Positions 51,374 to 64,000 of a DNA stretch of 64,000 bases are shown piece after piece. Both the position numbers and the translations under genes were made by a program. Position 1 is the stretch's first letter. Each line of letters begins with the position of its first letter. Under the pieces are notes generated by a model, which saw nothing but the letters and a program-made list of their open reading frames with translations, was not told the DNA's origin and made no database searches. The stretch covers positions 372,001 through 436,000 of the forward strand of contig CBFDEM010000017.1 in the NCBI GenBank assembly GCA_965603825.1, read 5' to 3'. The DNA is from Blepharisma stoltei ATCC 30299 (lineage: Eukaryota > Protista > Ciliophora).

Positions 51374-53086
51374 ATGATTATTAAAAAATTTGAACCCGAA
51401 GAGCCCATAGCAAATGACACCACATCGTCAAAACGAATTTTTAGCTTCACTGAAATAATAGTCAACGAAATCGAAATTGCGAAGCTCCCCACAATTTCAA
51501 ATAAGTCATCCGGCAAACTCAGCAGGAAAAATTCAAAATCCCTCGGGAACTCCATGGTTATAGAAAAGCCTTCAGTTTCTTGAAATGACTTTGTTAGAAG
51601 TACCTATTATACAGGAAACCTCACTCCAAAGCCTAAAATAATGTCTACCTTCCTAAAGCAGAAGCTGGAGCAGTTGAACCAAAGTGTTGAAGCGTAATTA
51701 TTATTAAGAGAGTTCACAAGGTCACAATCCTCAAAAGACGTCCTCAAGATGGCGCAGAATCTTGAAAATTCCTCTTTTGTGAAGCAAAAACTGAACGAGT
51801 TCGAGAATGTCGTGCTTGTCAAGAAAAACATATTCAATAAGATCCATCATGACGTGAATTTAAAGAAAAGGTACTTAAAAGAGCTAGAAAAAGAGCTTGA
51901 ATACCTAGAACAAAGCAACCCTGACACCATCGACAACGAAAACCTATTAGAGTACCGCGCCAACGAGCACAAAGAAATGATGCAAGGTCTGAATAATGAA
52001 TTGTATTACCAAGAAATCTTAAACTTCATGATAAACACACGCGTCGCCGACTTGAAAACTAAAGTAGCCCCTATAAATGCCTTAAAAAAAGAAATGAATC
52101 TGCTAAGTGGGAAAATTGACGAGTTTAAAAGCCATCACCAGAAGCTCTGTGAAGAAATTGTGGAAATTGAAGAAGAAGCCAAAGCGATCTTTTCTCAAAT
52201 GAAAGAAGAAAAGACTGAAAGAGAACAAAAAATAAACGCAGAGCTTTCTACTTTAAAAGACTCCTATAGGCTTGAGTTCTGTTTATCTCGAGAAAGAAAA
52301 TGAAATAAACTCCAAGAAAAATATAAACACGACCAAAAGCAGCTGGTCGTGTTTGAAAGGCTGCTGAACAATCTGCAAGGCGACCAAAGCATCAAAGAAG
52401 AAATCAACAGAATTGAAAAAAAGCTGCAAAAACAAGAAGAAAAATTTGGGACTGTCCAGCGGGCAACTAATATAATTTCTGTAGCTGACATGCACCCTTA
52501 TTTCTTATATCTGGACGAAATCAAGACCAAACTTAATGAAAATGCACAAAACGCCCAAGAACGCATTGAAATGCTGAATCAAGAAAGACTTTTCCTAAGC
52601 CAGCAGCTGAATGAGCTGCTATACCAAAATGAAGGCTTTGGGGCTTCCTGCACTGATGTCGAAATGATGGACAATAAATGCAAAGACTTGGTTATTTTTA
52701 TAAATGATTATGAAAAAATGATAGAAAAACAAGAAGAAGTCATCGTAGCCTTCATAAATAGCATAAGCAGGCTGACAAAGCAGCTTGGGATTACAAAGGA
52801 AAACAATGAAATCAACAGAGACAACTTAAATGACTGAATTAAATTGTGCGAAAACAAGCTGGACAGCTTTATTCAGATAATAAAAAAGGAGTCGTTTCTG
52901 TTGAATGTAGAAAGTGTAAATACCAGCAAGTCCTTTGTAAGGTCGCCTACCTTTTTAAATTTAAATAACCGAAGGCCAGAGAGCTCAGAGCCTAATAACT
53001 CGGGGAAAAGTGATAAAAAGCTGAAGTTCTTCAAGAGAAGTTCAGTGAAGCTGCTAACCAGGTTTAAAAAGGACTCACAAAGCTAA
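51374..53086 (+). CDS. Long coiled-coil protein (possibly ciliary/cytoskeletal)
   Basis: Four ORF pieces in one frame are joined by TGA=Trp and intron 51694-51708 (GTAATTATTATTAAG). The sequence is heptad-rich in E/K/L. Confidence 0.75.
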
Positions 53087-53092
53087 TTATAC

Positions 53093-56000
53093 TTAAGTAT
53101 TATAGTTTATATAGCGGTCCATTAAAAAGTCTATGTCTTCTCCGAGGTTTCCAGACCAAAATGAAGGCTTTGGCAAATCTTTAAATTCTTCCTCTGACAG
53201 GCTGAAATATTGGCAGGCGCCTGGGGTTCAGTTTTCTTTAACAATTATCCCTCTTTCCCTATAGAGGATAATTAAAAATGCAGCTTTATGGTATTCTTTG
53301 ATGCTCACAAGAATTTGTAAAGCTTTGTGGTATTGGCAGCCATATAGCAAAGCTTCTATACACTTAAATTTTGACGTCTCGTATAGCTTTGTGGCCCATT
53401 TGACTTGAAAACTTATTTCTTCATCCTTTGATAGGTTTACTGAAACAGCTGCAGCTTCTTGTCATAGTCCTGCTTCTTGTAAACACAAACAAGCAGATGA
53501 TAAGTTCTCATTTAAAATATGGATTTCTGCAGCTTCCTTAAACTTATGCGCCAGTTCTAAGCTACTAGCTGCCTGAGACATCGCATTTTTCATTACATTA
53601 TGTCCTTGTGTAGCAGAAATCAAGCAAGCTTTCAGCAGATTCACATACAAATCAGCGCCAGAAAGTGCTGAATCTAATAACGTCTGAGCTAAATTCGACT
53701 TTAATGACGAAGAAAGGGCATTAAAATAATCAACCCCATAAAGCTTGATTTTTTCTTTTAATGGAGAAACATCAGTCTTTCGTGAGCTGACTTCACTTTT
53801 GCATGCTGGAAGTAAATTCGCAGTGTTTACTGCAAGCTGAAGGATAGACTCAGTCTGCTTGCTTTTCGACCTCAGGTTGCCGCTTGATTTAAGCTGTGGA
53901 GACACATCTCGTTTAAAGCCAGGAATTTTTTTTACTTCAGTTTTAGGTCCAGAGTCAATAAAAGAGGAGTTATTTAGACTGTGAGTGCGGCCTCTAGAGG
54001 ATCTTGTAGGAGATGGCTGCTTTCATTTAGGAGGGGTTTTGTGGGGAAGCTGAGACTTTGGAATGCTTTGGGTACTCATATTTAGGGTTTTTTTAGTAAT
54101 AGGGGAGTATTCTACTGAAATATCGCATGGAGCTGGGGTTGGGGTTGTAGAAAGGCCTCGTGCTGAGAGAGGGAGCTCAACTATTTGTCGCGCTGAGTTT
54201 AAAAAGAGATATTCAAGGACATCTCCAAAAAGGCGGCTAACCAAAAGCTGCTGGTCAATCCAGGGGAGTTTTTTGAATTCTTTTTTCCACTCGTCTGGAG
54301 TGAATTTTATGGATTTCTCGAAATTTGTAGATTTCTTTAAATAATCGTTATGAGCTTTATAAAAAATTTTGTTGGCTTCTGTATTGAAGTCATATTTGGT
54401 TGAATTTGATAGCAAAATTTGGACTTTAGGTGGATTTATTTTAGAGAAATTATTTGTAGCCTCTCCATTATATATTGCAATAAAGCCATCCCCAAAGAGA
54501 ACGCCATTTGTTAAAAATCTCATCTGGCTCGGCAAGTTTTCATAAATAATTCCTCCTTCTACTTCTTCAATAATTCTGTCCTTCAAAATTGCAGGAGCTT
54601 TATTAATAAAGCCAATATCTATAGCACTTCCTAAGTCTTTGTAAGTGCCTTGCTCAAATTTATAAACTGAGTGCTGATAATCTTGGACTATGATTTCTTC
54701 TGAGGTTGCTATTATTTTTGAGATAATAAGATCACACTTGCAAACTCTACATGTATATTACAATGCAAAATAAAATTCTATTTCCTCAGCACCTTCATCT
54801 TTATTCACTTCAATCATATGCACCCCTGTCTCGCTAGTATAAACTATTTTGTTCGAATCCTGCATCCATTCAATGCAGCTGAATTCCTCAGTCAACACTA
54901 AATCATAGCTATAAATTTCTGTATTTTCATAATTTGAGTGGACCAATGACAGAAACTCAAGCGATTTTCTGTTTGATAATACAGCAAGATAGGTCCCTGA
55001 GCTATCAAGCTTAAGCCCTTCAACTGGAGCATCAAAATCCTTGATTTTTGTGATTTCAGATTTCCCCAAATTTATTTCAATCAATATATACTCTGATTTC
55101 ACCTGGCATTGTGCATATAGCTTGCTATTTGCTCCAACGATATGAGAAAGCTGACCTTTTACATGGATTTGCTTGACTCGCTTATGAGTTTTTAAAGAGA
55201 ATAATATTATATAAGGGCCTAGTGTGCAAACAAGCATGGACTCAGAGTTATAAGTTATGAGAATTGATTCCCCTCTTGGTAATGAAAGATAGTCAATAGC
55301 TGTCAAAGAAAGTTCTGTCTGGGAGTACGAGAAATCAATTGAGTAATATCTGAGAGATAAATCTGAGAGAAGAATAAGAAAAGACCTATGATGAGAAGTA
55401 ATTGGCATTGTGGACGATAAAACTAGAAGAGGATTAAGGCCAATAAAGCTGCTTTCTCACCTTTTGTTATATTTATAGTTGTCTTTTGATAATTCTCCTG
55501 CAAGCTCCCATAATTTTATACATCCATTGCTGTACTCAAACAGAGTATTATTCTGTAGAGCATCACAATAAATATCATAGATCCCTTCATCAGCAATACA
55601 AATCCCAATTTCTTTTTCGTCCGCCTACATAATAATTACCACATCAAACAGAACAGCTTTATCATCATAAAGCAAATATACGTAGCTCTGAGCATTTGAG
55701 ACTCAGTAAGCCTTTTTGCAGCCTTTCTTTTCGAATTTTTTAACATCATCTTTCTCAATTACCCAAAATTCATTTTCGTTTCCAATAAGAAATTTCTCAT
55801 GATAGCCTTTAATGAATTCTGCATATTCCAAGTTTTCACTGACAGTAAAATTTACAGTTTTACCGTTATCATAAATATCAGCCTTATCAGAATAAGCTAC
55901 TAAAAGCTTAGGTTTTTCAAATGACCATGCTAAAACATTGATTTTGCTTTCAAATTTGAGCTTTTCTTTCTTTTGAAGCTTGAAATCCCAAATCCACACC

Positions 56001-56254
56001 TCTCCATATTCATCTCCTGAAGCTAAAATTGGTTCTTTAGGGTGTCAAGCCAATGAAGAAATTGTGGAAGAATGCCCAGAAAGTTCATAGAGCAATTGAA
56101 AAGAAAAGGTATCGTAAATCAAAATTATTGAATCAGCTGAAATTGCAGCCATATGATAAGTAGCAATACTTCCTAGAGATTTGTTAAAGCTTGAAGAGTA
56201 AGGATAAAAGCCTGGAGTTGCAGGTTCTTCTTTATATACTAGCTGCGAATTCAT
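53093..56254 (-). CDS. WDR11: WD40-repeat protein, WDR11-like
   Basis: GHSSTISSLA-W(TGA)-HP..ILASGDEYGEVWIWD. The C-terminal LLKACLIS...SACLCLQEAGLWQEAA...KWA resembles the WDR11 C-terminus as I recall it. Introns at 55625-55639 and 54747-54761. TAA at 53093. Confidence 0.65.
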
Positions 56255-56400
56255 AAATTTAAATTCACAATTTTAAAAATTACTGAAAATGGATAAGCTT
56301 GAAAAGACCTCTTGAAAAATCCTTATTTTTATTTATAGCTTATTTTTTTATTCAGCAATACAAAGAAAATTCATATAATTTACTAGATTTATATTAAAAA

Positions 56401-57162
56401 ATGAATACATCAAATGAGATGAAATTAATATCAGTTCTAGATTCAGAAAGTCAAAATATTGCTGAATTTAATGCTATCAAGCCAAAAATAGACGCTTTAT
56501 CTCCTCTAAATGAATCGAGTATTTCTCCTTGGAAAAATCTTGACCTTGAAAACAAAGTCTTTTCAACTTACCATCCAAAACTATTAAAAAAGTCACCAAA
56601 ACCTTCAAAAATTCCTTTAAGTCAGGTCTCTGAATCAAAACCAATTTTAATTCAAGATTTCTCATCACCACAAATTGCAAGTCCAATAATTCACCGAAAA
56701 ACCCAATTAAGGAGAAAACATACAACTAGGTCTTTGAGCATTGACGAAGAAATAGCAAATTATCTGGCAAAACCTGCCAAACATCTGCAGACACCGTCCC
56801 GTAACTCGCCAGAGATCTTAAAATGGAATAATACTGACAATCTAAAAATAGGTGAAAGGACTCCACAGAATTTCAATAAAATAGGAGAGAGAAGTCCTCA
56901 GAGCTTCAATAAACTTCCTCCGTTAGAAGTAAATAAAATCAATACACAGCAAAACTATCAAAAATTTTTCACGAATAGCCAGGCTTTTAATAAGCCTCAG
57001 ACAAATTATAGAGTCCATTCATTGGCACAGCTGATTAATCTTTCAAAAAGAGAATGGGAATTTATGATGACTAAAAGGGAGAATGGAGGGATACCAGAAA
57101 GCTATATGTTTCAGGTGCCTTGGAAATATCAGAGAGGAGGGAAAAAAAACTTTTTAGAGTAA
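56401..57162 (+). CDS. Hypothetical basic, Ser/Pro-rich protein
   Basis: Intact 253-aa ORF. Shares SSISPWK and NKLPPL motifs with the next gene. Confidence 0.75.
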   Translation: MNTSNEMKLISVLDSESQNIAEFNAIKPKIDALSPLNESSISPWKNLDLENKVFSTYHPKLLKKSPKPSKIPLSQVSESKPILIQDFSSPQIASPIIHRKTQLRRKHTTRSLSIDEEIANYLAKPAKHLQTPSRNSPEILKWNNTDNLKIGERTPQNFNKIGERSPQSFNKLPPLEVNKINTQQNYQKFFTNSQAFNKPQTNYRVHSLAQLINLSKREWEFMMTKRENGGIPESYMFQVPWKYQRGGKKNFLE

Positions 57163-57423
57163 ATGGCATGTGTAAATAGATATTTATAACCGCAAGTGGA
57201 TAATAAAACTGAAAAATAAAACGAATAAAGATTCATCATATAAATTCCTGTTAATTATTTTGATGTTTTAATATTAAGTTTAATAACATTTAGAAGTTAC
57301 AAGCTTTGAGCTTAGGCATTATAATTAAAACTTAAAGTGCTATAATACTGCGAAATACTTCATAAATATCTAATCCCTAATAAAATTTATCAACAGATCT
57401 AAATATCCTACTTAAAGCAAATA

Positions 57424-58431
57424 ATGTTTCAGAGAAAAATGAACGAAAAAATATTAATTGCTTCACTTGCCACTGAAAGTGAAACACAAAGATCCCCTGA
57501 AGATTTAAAATGAAAAAACTGTATATCTCTTGATGACTCAAGCATTTCTCCTTGAAAATCAAATATAAATAGTGTTGATATTCTTTATCACAATAAACAA
57601 AAAAGTGAGGATTTCCCCTTAAAACCTATAGACAAGCCTTTAATTAGCTTGGCTGCTGCGAACTTTAAAAAAGAAGAATCTAATAGAAAATCTCCAGGGC
57701 CACAGATAGCTCCTGCTGGTTTCAACGTCTCCAGACATGGGTCTACTACAAGAAGATCACTAGAACCTCAAATAATAATACAGCCACATTTAACCCTTCA
57801 AGATCACAGTAAAAAATTACTAGAAAACCGGCCATCTGCGATTTCTCCTGAAAAAGAAGATGAGCAAACAGTGAAAATAAGGAGGATATTGGAAAACGCC
57901 CAAATAGTCCATGAAAATGCAAAAAGTAAAGAATCCGAGCCAAATTCCCCTAAAAATTTTCCAACTGTAAGAGAACTGCCTACTTTTGCTGTAAAAAACT
58001 CAAAAGCTGAGTCAATAAATCAGGTTAATCGCTCCTCAAGCACAAATAGAGCAGCAAACATGCTACAGTCAGCGAAAAACAAAAATATTGAATCAAAAAG
58101 TGCAAAGCCTGCTGAATTTGTAAAGAACAGAGTCCAGCCCCATCATGAATCTCATGAGTCAGATACATTTGTAAGTTTATTTTCGTGACTTTCTAATAAC
58201 ACAAATAAACTGCCGCCCCTGCAAAAATCTCAAACAATTCAAAGCTGCATTAAGTATTTTGACACCAATTATAATAGACCTAGCGTGATCATGAAAAATC
58301 ATATGGATTTCCAAAAGACGATGCGAAGCAACTCAAATAAGCGGTCAATTGTGAGCACAAAAGATGTGGCTAGACATTTTACGCAGCAGAGAAAAAAAGA
58401 AAAATCAAGACTGATTAAAATCATAGAGTAG
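57424..58431 (+). CDS. Hypothetical basic protein (335 aa), distant paralog of the upstream gene
   Basis: ATG at 57424 is in frame with ORF 57649-58188 via TGA=Trp (DDSSISP-W-KS) and continues to TAG 58429-58431. Confidence 0.7.
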
Positions 58432-58585
58432 AATTGAGAAGCTTGAAAATTCAGTCAAAAAGGAATGATTAGGATTTATGTAATATAATTATAAATTTCA
58501 ATTTTTAATCATTTAGCCTTAAAATTGCTTATTTACATGCTAAAATTTATACTTTGCTAAGGGCTAGGCATACTTTTCTAATAAA

Positions 58586-59257
58586 ATGGACGATATTCCA
58601 TTAAGAAAGATTATTGAGCAGCAAAAAGTAGGAAAAGAGAAGCCAAGATCACACTCCCCACCGAAAAAATTCGAAAAGCACAGCAAACACGCTCCAAAAG
58701 AAATCTCATCAAAACACCCCGTTTCTCGCTTCAAAAAAATCAAATTCCCAAAGCCAGATGAAGATCCAGAGCACGGGATTTTCACCAAAAAGATAAAGAA
58801 AAGAGACCCTCGGTTCGATAATCTTTCAGGCAAATTCAACCAGGGCTTTTTTGAGAAATCTTATTCATTTATTGATGATTATCTCTCCCAAGAACTCAAA
58901 GAGCTTCAAGAGTCTCTTGATGATCCAGCCTATGCTGCTGACAGAGGCAGAATAAAAGAGCTAATTATCAAGAAAAAACAAGAAATTCAGCGAGCCAAAG
59001 ACGAACAAAGATACACAAATGTAAAGCGAAAAATGATGAAAGAAGAAAGAGAAAAGGTAAAAGCAGGAAAAAAGCCGTATTTCTTTAAGAAAAAGATAAT
59101 CAAAATGCAAGCTATGAAAGAAAAATTGGAAGAACTTAAAGAAACAGGAGAGATAAGCAAGTATCTTAAGAGGAAAAGGAAGAGAGAAACAGCCAAAGAA
59201 ACAGCTGAAGTCAATAAAGCACACAAAAAGAGAAAAACTGAGCAATTTGATAGCTAA
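58586..59257 (+). CDS. RRP36: rRNA biogenesis protein RRP36
   Basis: KHAPKEISSKHPVSRF, RDPRFDNLSG, F.KSYSFIDDY and GKKPYFFKK motifs. Confidence 0.9.
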   Translation: MDDIPLRKIIEQQKVGKEKPRSHSPPKKFEKHSKHAPKEISSKHPVSRFKKIKFPKPDEDPEHGIFTKKIKKRDPRFDNLSGKFNQGFFEKSYSFIDDYLSQELKELQESLDDPAYAADRGRIKELIIKKKQEIQRAKDEQRYTNVKRKMMKEEREKVKAGKKPYFFKKKIIKMQAMKEKLEELKETGEISKYLKRKRKRETAKETAEVNKAHKKRKTEQFDS

Positions 59258-59326
59258 ATAGAAATTTTCTGAAAATAAAAAATAAAAAAGGATAATGTTA
59301 AAGCAAGCTTAATGTTTAATTAAGAT

Positions 59327-60286
59327 TTAGCTTATAGAATGAAGAAATAAAGCCATGATTTTTTCTAAATCTAGCTTTTCAACTATCTTTAAATTAGCAT
59401 CACCTCCTTCATTGATTTCTTTCATATCTGAGCATCCCCAATTGACTACTGTCATTCCTCTTGTATAGCCTCCATTCAGCTCTACAAATCCCTTCCTTAA
59501 TGAATACTCTTTGGCTATTGACTCATCAATAGCAATACATATCGTGATCGGGTCACAGAAAAACACATGGCTTTCTCCTCCTACAATAGTGGTAATTTCT
59601 CTCACAAAATTTCCTTGAGGTGTTGCCCCATGAGTATAGCTATTTAAAAATTCTGAAGTAAACTTATGCTCTCTGTCAATGCAGGTTTCCCAAGGCACGA
59701 TCTCTAGGAGAGGAAATCTTTCAAAAACTATATGAGAAGCTTCAGGATCGCACCAAATGTTAAATTCAGCAGAAACAGTTATATTGCCTTTTCCATGAAC
59801 TGCAGCACCCATAACAAGAACTCTTTTGAACTTAGTTGGCAAAGCAGGATCAAGACAGACAGCTAAGGCTAGGTTCGTTAAAGGTCCAATTGTAGCTATG
59901 CTGACTTGGCCTGGATGCTCGTTTGCAATGTCGATTATTGCTTGTACAGCATGCTTGGATTGGGGTTCAGGGATGTCCTCTGCCCCTCTGCTCGGGTTTG
60001 ACCAATAGTTATTGAGGCCATCTACTCCATGAATTGATGCACAGTCCGTTAGGTCGTTGATTAGAGGCTTTGCGGAGCCTGAGTAATAAGGAATATGAGT
60101 TTTGTTACAGACACGTAATATTTCCCCAATATTTTTATTCACCTGGGGAAGTGGAACGTTTCCTGCTACACTTGTGATAGCAACGACTTCGAAATTGTGA
60201 TATTCTTGGCATTTCAGTGCGAGTACTAAAGCTTGGGCATCGTCAACCCCAGCGTCTGTGTCAATGATCCACATATTTTTTGACAT
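59327..60286 (-). CDS. Inosine-uridine preferring nucleoside hydrolase family protein
   Basis: IIDTDAGVDDAQAL, AGNV, HGVDGL, IGPLTNLALA, AEFNIWCDPEA and TRGMTVV motifs. Confidence 0.93.
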   Translation of the reverse strand: MSKNMWIIDTDAGVDDAQALVLALKCQEYHNFEVVAITSVAGNVPLPQVNKNIGEILRVCNKTHIPYYSGSAKPLINDLTDCASIHGVDGLNNYWSNPSRGAEDIPEPQSKHAVQAIIDIANEHPGQVSIATIGPLTNLALAVCLDPALPTKFKRVLVMGAAVHGKGNITVSAEFNIWCDPEASHIVFERFPLLEIVPWETCIDREHKFTSEFLNSYTHGATPQGNFVREITTIVGGESHVFFCDPITICIAIDESIAKEYSLRKGFVELNGGYTRGMTVVNWGCSDMKEINEGGDANLKIVEKLDLEKIMALFLHSIS

Positions 60287-60815
60287 TTTATTTGAAACAA
60301 ATTGGTGCCATCTTTTACTAGAAATAAGAAAAGGCGAACATTAAATGGCAATTAATTTCTCTATTTTTCGGGTTCTAATTACAAACTGGTTCTTAATGCA
60401 TAATATAAGGAAAGTTAACTTTTTTTATTGGAAAGAGTTGGTTTGGAGAATTAGATAATGCAAATAGCAGGTACTCAGGAGTTAAATAATGTTTAAAGAC
60501 ATAAGAAAGGAACTTATGATTAAAGCTCATATTAATGATAAGCTTTTATTAAGTATTAATTTAGATTTCAATGCTATTATTTGATTTTTGAATTATAAAT
60601 TTTTATGATGTTAAAGTTAAGAAGACTAGGAAAAGATTATTTAGAAAAGAATAGAATAAATTTTATATTATTAGAAATAAAAAAATATTAAAGAGTTTTT
60701 ATAATAAATTTGATCGTAAGCATATGCTAAAATTAGCCTTATGTTATAATTTAGTCTATAAAAGTGCTTCTGAAATCTTTCTCAGTTGGCTAAAAATATA
60801 CAATTACAAATAGTT

Positions 60816-61751
60816 TTAAGCTGGCTCAATTTCATTGAGTTCAAGTTCTTGATCATTCCTAAAAGCAGTGAATAGTGTTCCTAGATGGTACTCTTCAAAG
60901 CATTCCTTTACCATTCTCCTCCTTAAAAATTGATAAAGTTCCTCTGAGTTTAATTCTAAGATTTTTTCTCTTTTAAGTTCCAGCATTTTTGATAAAAGCC
61001 TATGCATTAATTTTTCCCCTTCAAGCAAAAACAAATCCATAATCCTCACAGAAATATCAAGCGGAGTATCATATAAAAATATTGTGACCATATATTGTGC
61101 AAAACACGATACCAAGGTCAGCTCATTTTCTTCGATATGCTCCAAAATTTCTGGGAATCTATATTTTATACTTTTTTCTGTGTTTTTGATCATATTAATA
61201 AGCTTCGGTGTCCCATTTCTGCATATCTCTTACGTAAACATAAGTCTTCAATTATACTCGAACATGACTTGCACAAAAGCCCAAAAAGCCAATTCTTCAT
61301 TTGAAATTTGCATAATTAAGCAGGCCACAATAAATCCCATTCCTTGGCAATACCCGACCTCTGGGTCATAATTGGCGTAGGCATATAAAATATTGCACAA
61401 AGCTCTCTGGCCTTCTCCGCCTCTTTCACAAAATAAAAAATGATCAGGAAATGTCCGATGTAGATCTCGTTCTATTGCATTTGCTATATTTGGATCAATA
61501 CTTTCAAAGAGTCTATTATACACCCCTGATGAAAATTGAAGGGATAATTGAGAAGCTCTGGTTAAATATGCCCAGATCTCGCCACGAAGATCGTCTGGGA
61601 CTCCATGAATTAGACTATCTCGGAGTCGAAGCTTGGAAACATTGTCAAAATCATTTCTTTTGATTATTAAGTCTCATTCTTCTCGGGAAAATGTTTTGTG
61701 TAGGCGAGATTTCATTGTGGGATGATGACGGTGGTTAGGTGATTCTCTCAT
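60816..61751 (-). CDS. TBC-domain Rab GTPase-activating protein
   Basis: GVPDDLRGEIW, IERDLHRTFP and GYCQGMGFI motifs. ATG at 61751, TGA=Trp joins and intron 61219-61233 (GTAAGAGATATGCAG). Confidence 0.9.
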
Positions 61752-62330
61752 TTTTTGTTCTGACAGTTTTTAAGATTTTAACTAAAAATGATAATAAGTA
61801 AAGTATGAGCCCTGCTAAGTTCTAAAATTTGGTGAGAATTTTAATGAGCTTTGAAAGAAATATTTTGATGTCTAATTACTTTAAAATATTAGAAAAAGGT
61901 AAAATCCATAAGTAATCGAAATTTAGAATTGAACTAATTATTAAAGATTTATTGAATTTTTTGCTCAGATTAGTTCTCTCAGTGAACTTTTCCTTAATTC
62001 GCATATTTATTATGCGGGTTCGTTTACCACTTGCATCATCTAAGTTAAGCAAGACTCTATACTGTAATTATTAAGCATTTAAATTTGCTCTTAAATAATA
62101 GAAGTAAATAGTTATTTTAATAATTATTGGATATTAATTCAAGATTTTCATAGCTCTAAGTTGAGATAAACAAAAATATATAACCGTAAATCGGAAAATG
62201 TCTGAGCCACACAATTGACAATAATTTTTGTTAAAATGAGTTAAAATTCTTTATCGAATTTAGTTCTTATCAATATTTCTTATCAAAAAATATTTATTAT
62301 GAATTTTATATTGAATTCTAATAAAATTTC

Positions 62331-64000
62331 ATGAAAAAAAATCTAAAAAATTTAGACGAATTTGAGGATGAAGATTTCTTAGAAAAATCCCTCTTCGCAA
62401 GCAAAATCAAAGAAAATATATTCAGAATATTAGGCGATCTTTTTAAGACCGAGTACAGCACAAAAGTAAGGCTTAAAGAGCAAGTCACTTATGAAATTCT
62501 GACAAACCTAATTTTAGCTATGCAGCTCACATCTTTAACCTGGTACCCAAGCATAAATATTGAAGGGTGGGAATCATGTGTAAGCTTTTGGCAAAGTGTC
62601 GGAGTTGCAAGTTATGATCAAGTTTGTGCTAGCTTTGGGGTTATGAATTTCTGCTTCTACGGCACAATATCTCTTGTTGGTGTGTGCCTTCTTTCGTTCT
62701 TTATATTTTGGCTTTTCATATATTTTGAAAAACAAATTCCCAAGATTGTAACAATTTTTCCGAGGAAAATCGCCATTTTCCTCTCAACACTAGGATTAAT
62801 TCCTAGCTGGAATTTGTCGCTCATGATAATGAAATATTCACTTATCAATGCAAACTCTGTAGATGAATATGATGGAAATACATCAGCTAGTAGCTTGAAT
62901 TATGGAATCCTAGGATTTATCTTGTCTTTATTTACTCTGATTGCTTTACTTCCTTTCCTTTTGTTTTCAGAAGCATTTAGATGCGACATAAAGCACACCA
63001 ACGGTAAGAAAAACATAAAAGCACGGTCTTCTGTCCAATTAGACCTTGAGATTCGTAGCTTTTATATATTCATGAGTATTTCATATGTAACGTTTGGGTC
63101 GAATAACATATTGATTCATCAGGTAATTTTGCTTATTTTTTCAGCACTCTTATTTATCAAGTGCCTTTTTTATCTTCAATATTATAACATCATACAAAAC
63201 TTTATTCAGGCCAGCGTTTTGGCTTCTATTACGAGCACTTTGGTTATTTTCATTTTTGGTCAAATAATGAACAACGCGTTAATTATTGTAGTGTTCAATT
63301 TATTTATGCAACCAATGATGATTTTATTTGCTATTTATATTGTCAAAAGAAATTACAGCAAATTAAAAGAAAACCAAAACGTGCCTAAAAACCAATTTGA
63401 GTTTGAAAGAAAAATGAGGCATTTACTAATGGACAAAACTATTGAAGACAAAATTTCAGTGCTTAATTTATTCAATAACTGTGCAAAAGATATCAATTTT
63501 AATAAAGATAAGCTTTTTATTATTTGGGAGTTCAATTTTTGTATTGCTGTCATTAAAGATGAAAGGCTTGCGAGGATGAAATTATCGCAAGTTCGTCATT
63601 TTGAAAGCTCTTTTGAAGGAGATATACAAGAGTGAAGGATTTTTTACTGGCTGGTTTCGAAAAAGTTTACAGCTTTTCCTGACACTCTTTACCTGGAGTA
63701 TTTAAGCGATTTTACCTTGGTGCGAAAACAAGATGAAAAATTATGCGATTTATTGGTTGATTTGCAGTCAGAATTTTCGCTGAGAGTGCCTAGGATGAAA
63801 AAACTTGAAATGCTAGTAAGCAGGGCTTGCTGCTTAATAAAAAGGACTGATGAAGGCTATAAACAACTAGTGAGAAAGTTTAAGCAAATAGATGCCATGG
63901 AGAACTACACAAGTTTTCTATACAATATTATGAATAATCAGGAAGAAGGAGACAAACTGAACAGAAAGAAAAATGGACTAGAAATGAATATCAGGAAAAA
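62331..64000 (+). CDS. TmcB/TmcC-like membrane protein, dispersed copy K (5' part; runs off the right edge)
   Basis: Same family motifs (LTWYP, QFEFERK.RHLL, FIIWEFNFC..DERLAR). Continues through TGA 63633 (QE-W-RIF) to the window end. Confidence 0.85.

Overview
AT-rich eukaryotic DNA, almost certainly the somatic (macronuclear) genome of a heterotrich ciliate of the Blepharisma type. UGA is read as Trp, UAA/UAG are stops, and every intron found is 15 nt (GT..AG with A at position 10). The supplied standard-code ORF track therefore fragments nearly every gene, and I rejoined them by hand. Positions 1-39.6 kb hold a minus-strand tandem array of eight paralogous ~1,380-1,400 aa multi-pass membrane PAS-domain proteins (TmcB/TmcC-like). 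One runs off the window edge, one is interrupted by an insertion and one is pseudogenised. There are also three gene relics, and a ninth copy starts on the plus strand at 62.3 kb. Positions 39.9-61.8 kb are compact housekeeping genes: Nup54-like, DUF229, p47/UBX, NEK kinase, cathepsin L-like, RING-H2, WDR11-like, RRP36, nucleoside hydrolase, TBC RabGAP and hypotheticals. The standout feature is an 880-bp retroposed-looking insertion (7914-8793) inside an otherwise fully intact array gene. It has a 5'-truncated ORF, an (ATT)5 tail and a degenerate 17-bp target-site duplication. The retained coding copy of that duplication shows only synonymous changes, while the internal copy shows missense and nonsense changes. 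Deleting between the flanking TAAG direct repeats restores the host reading frame exactly, which suggests a retro-insertion tolerated by IES-like DNA excision. All calls were made by eye without database searches.
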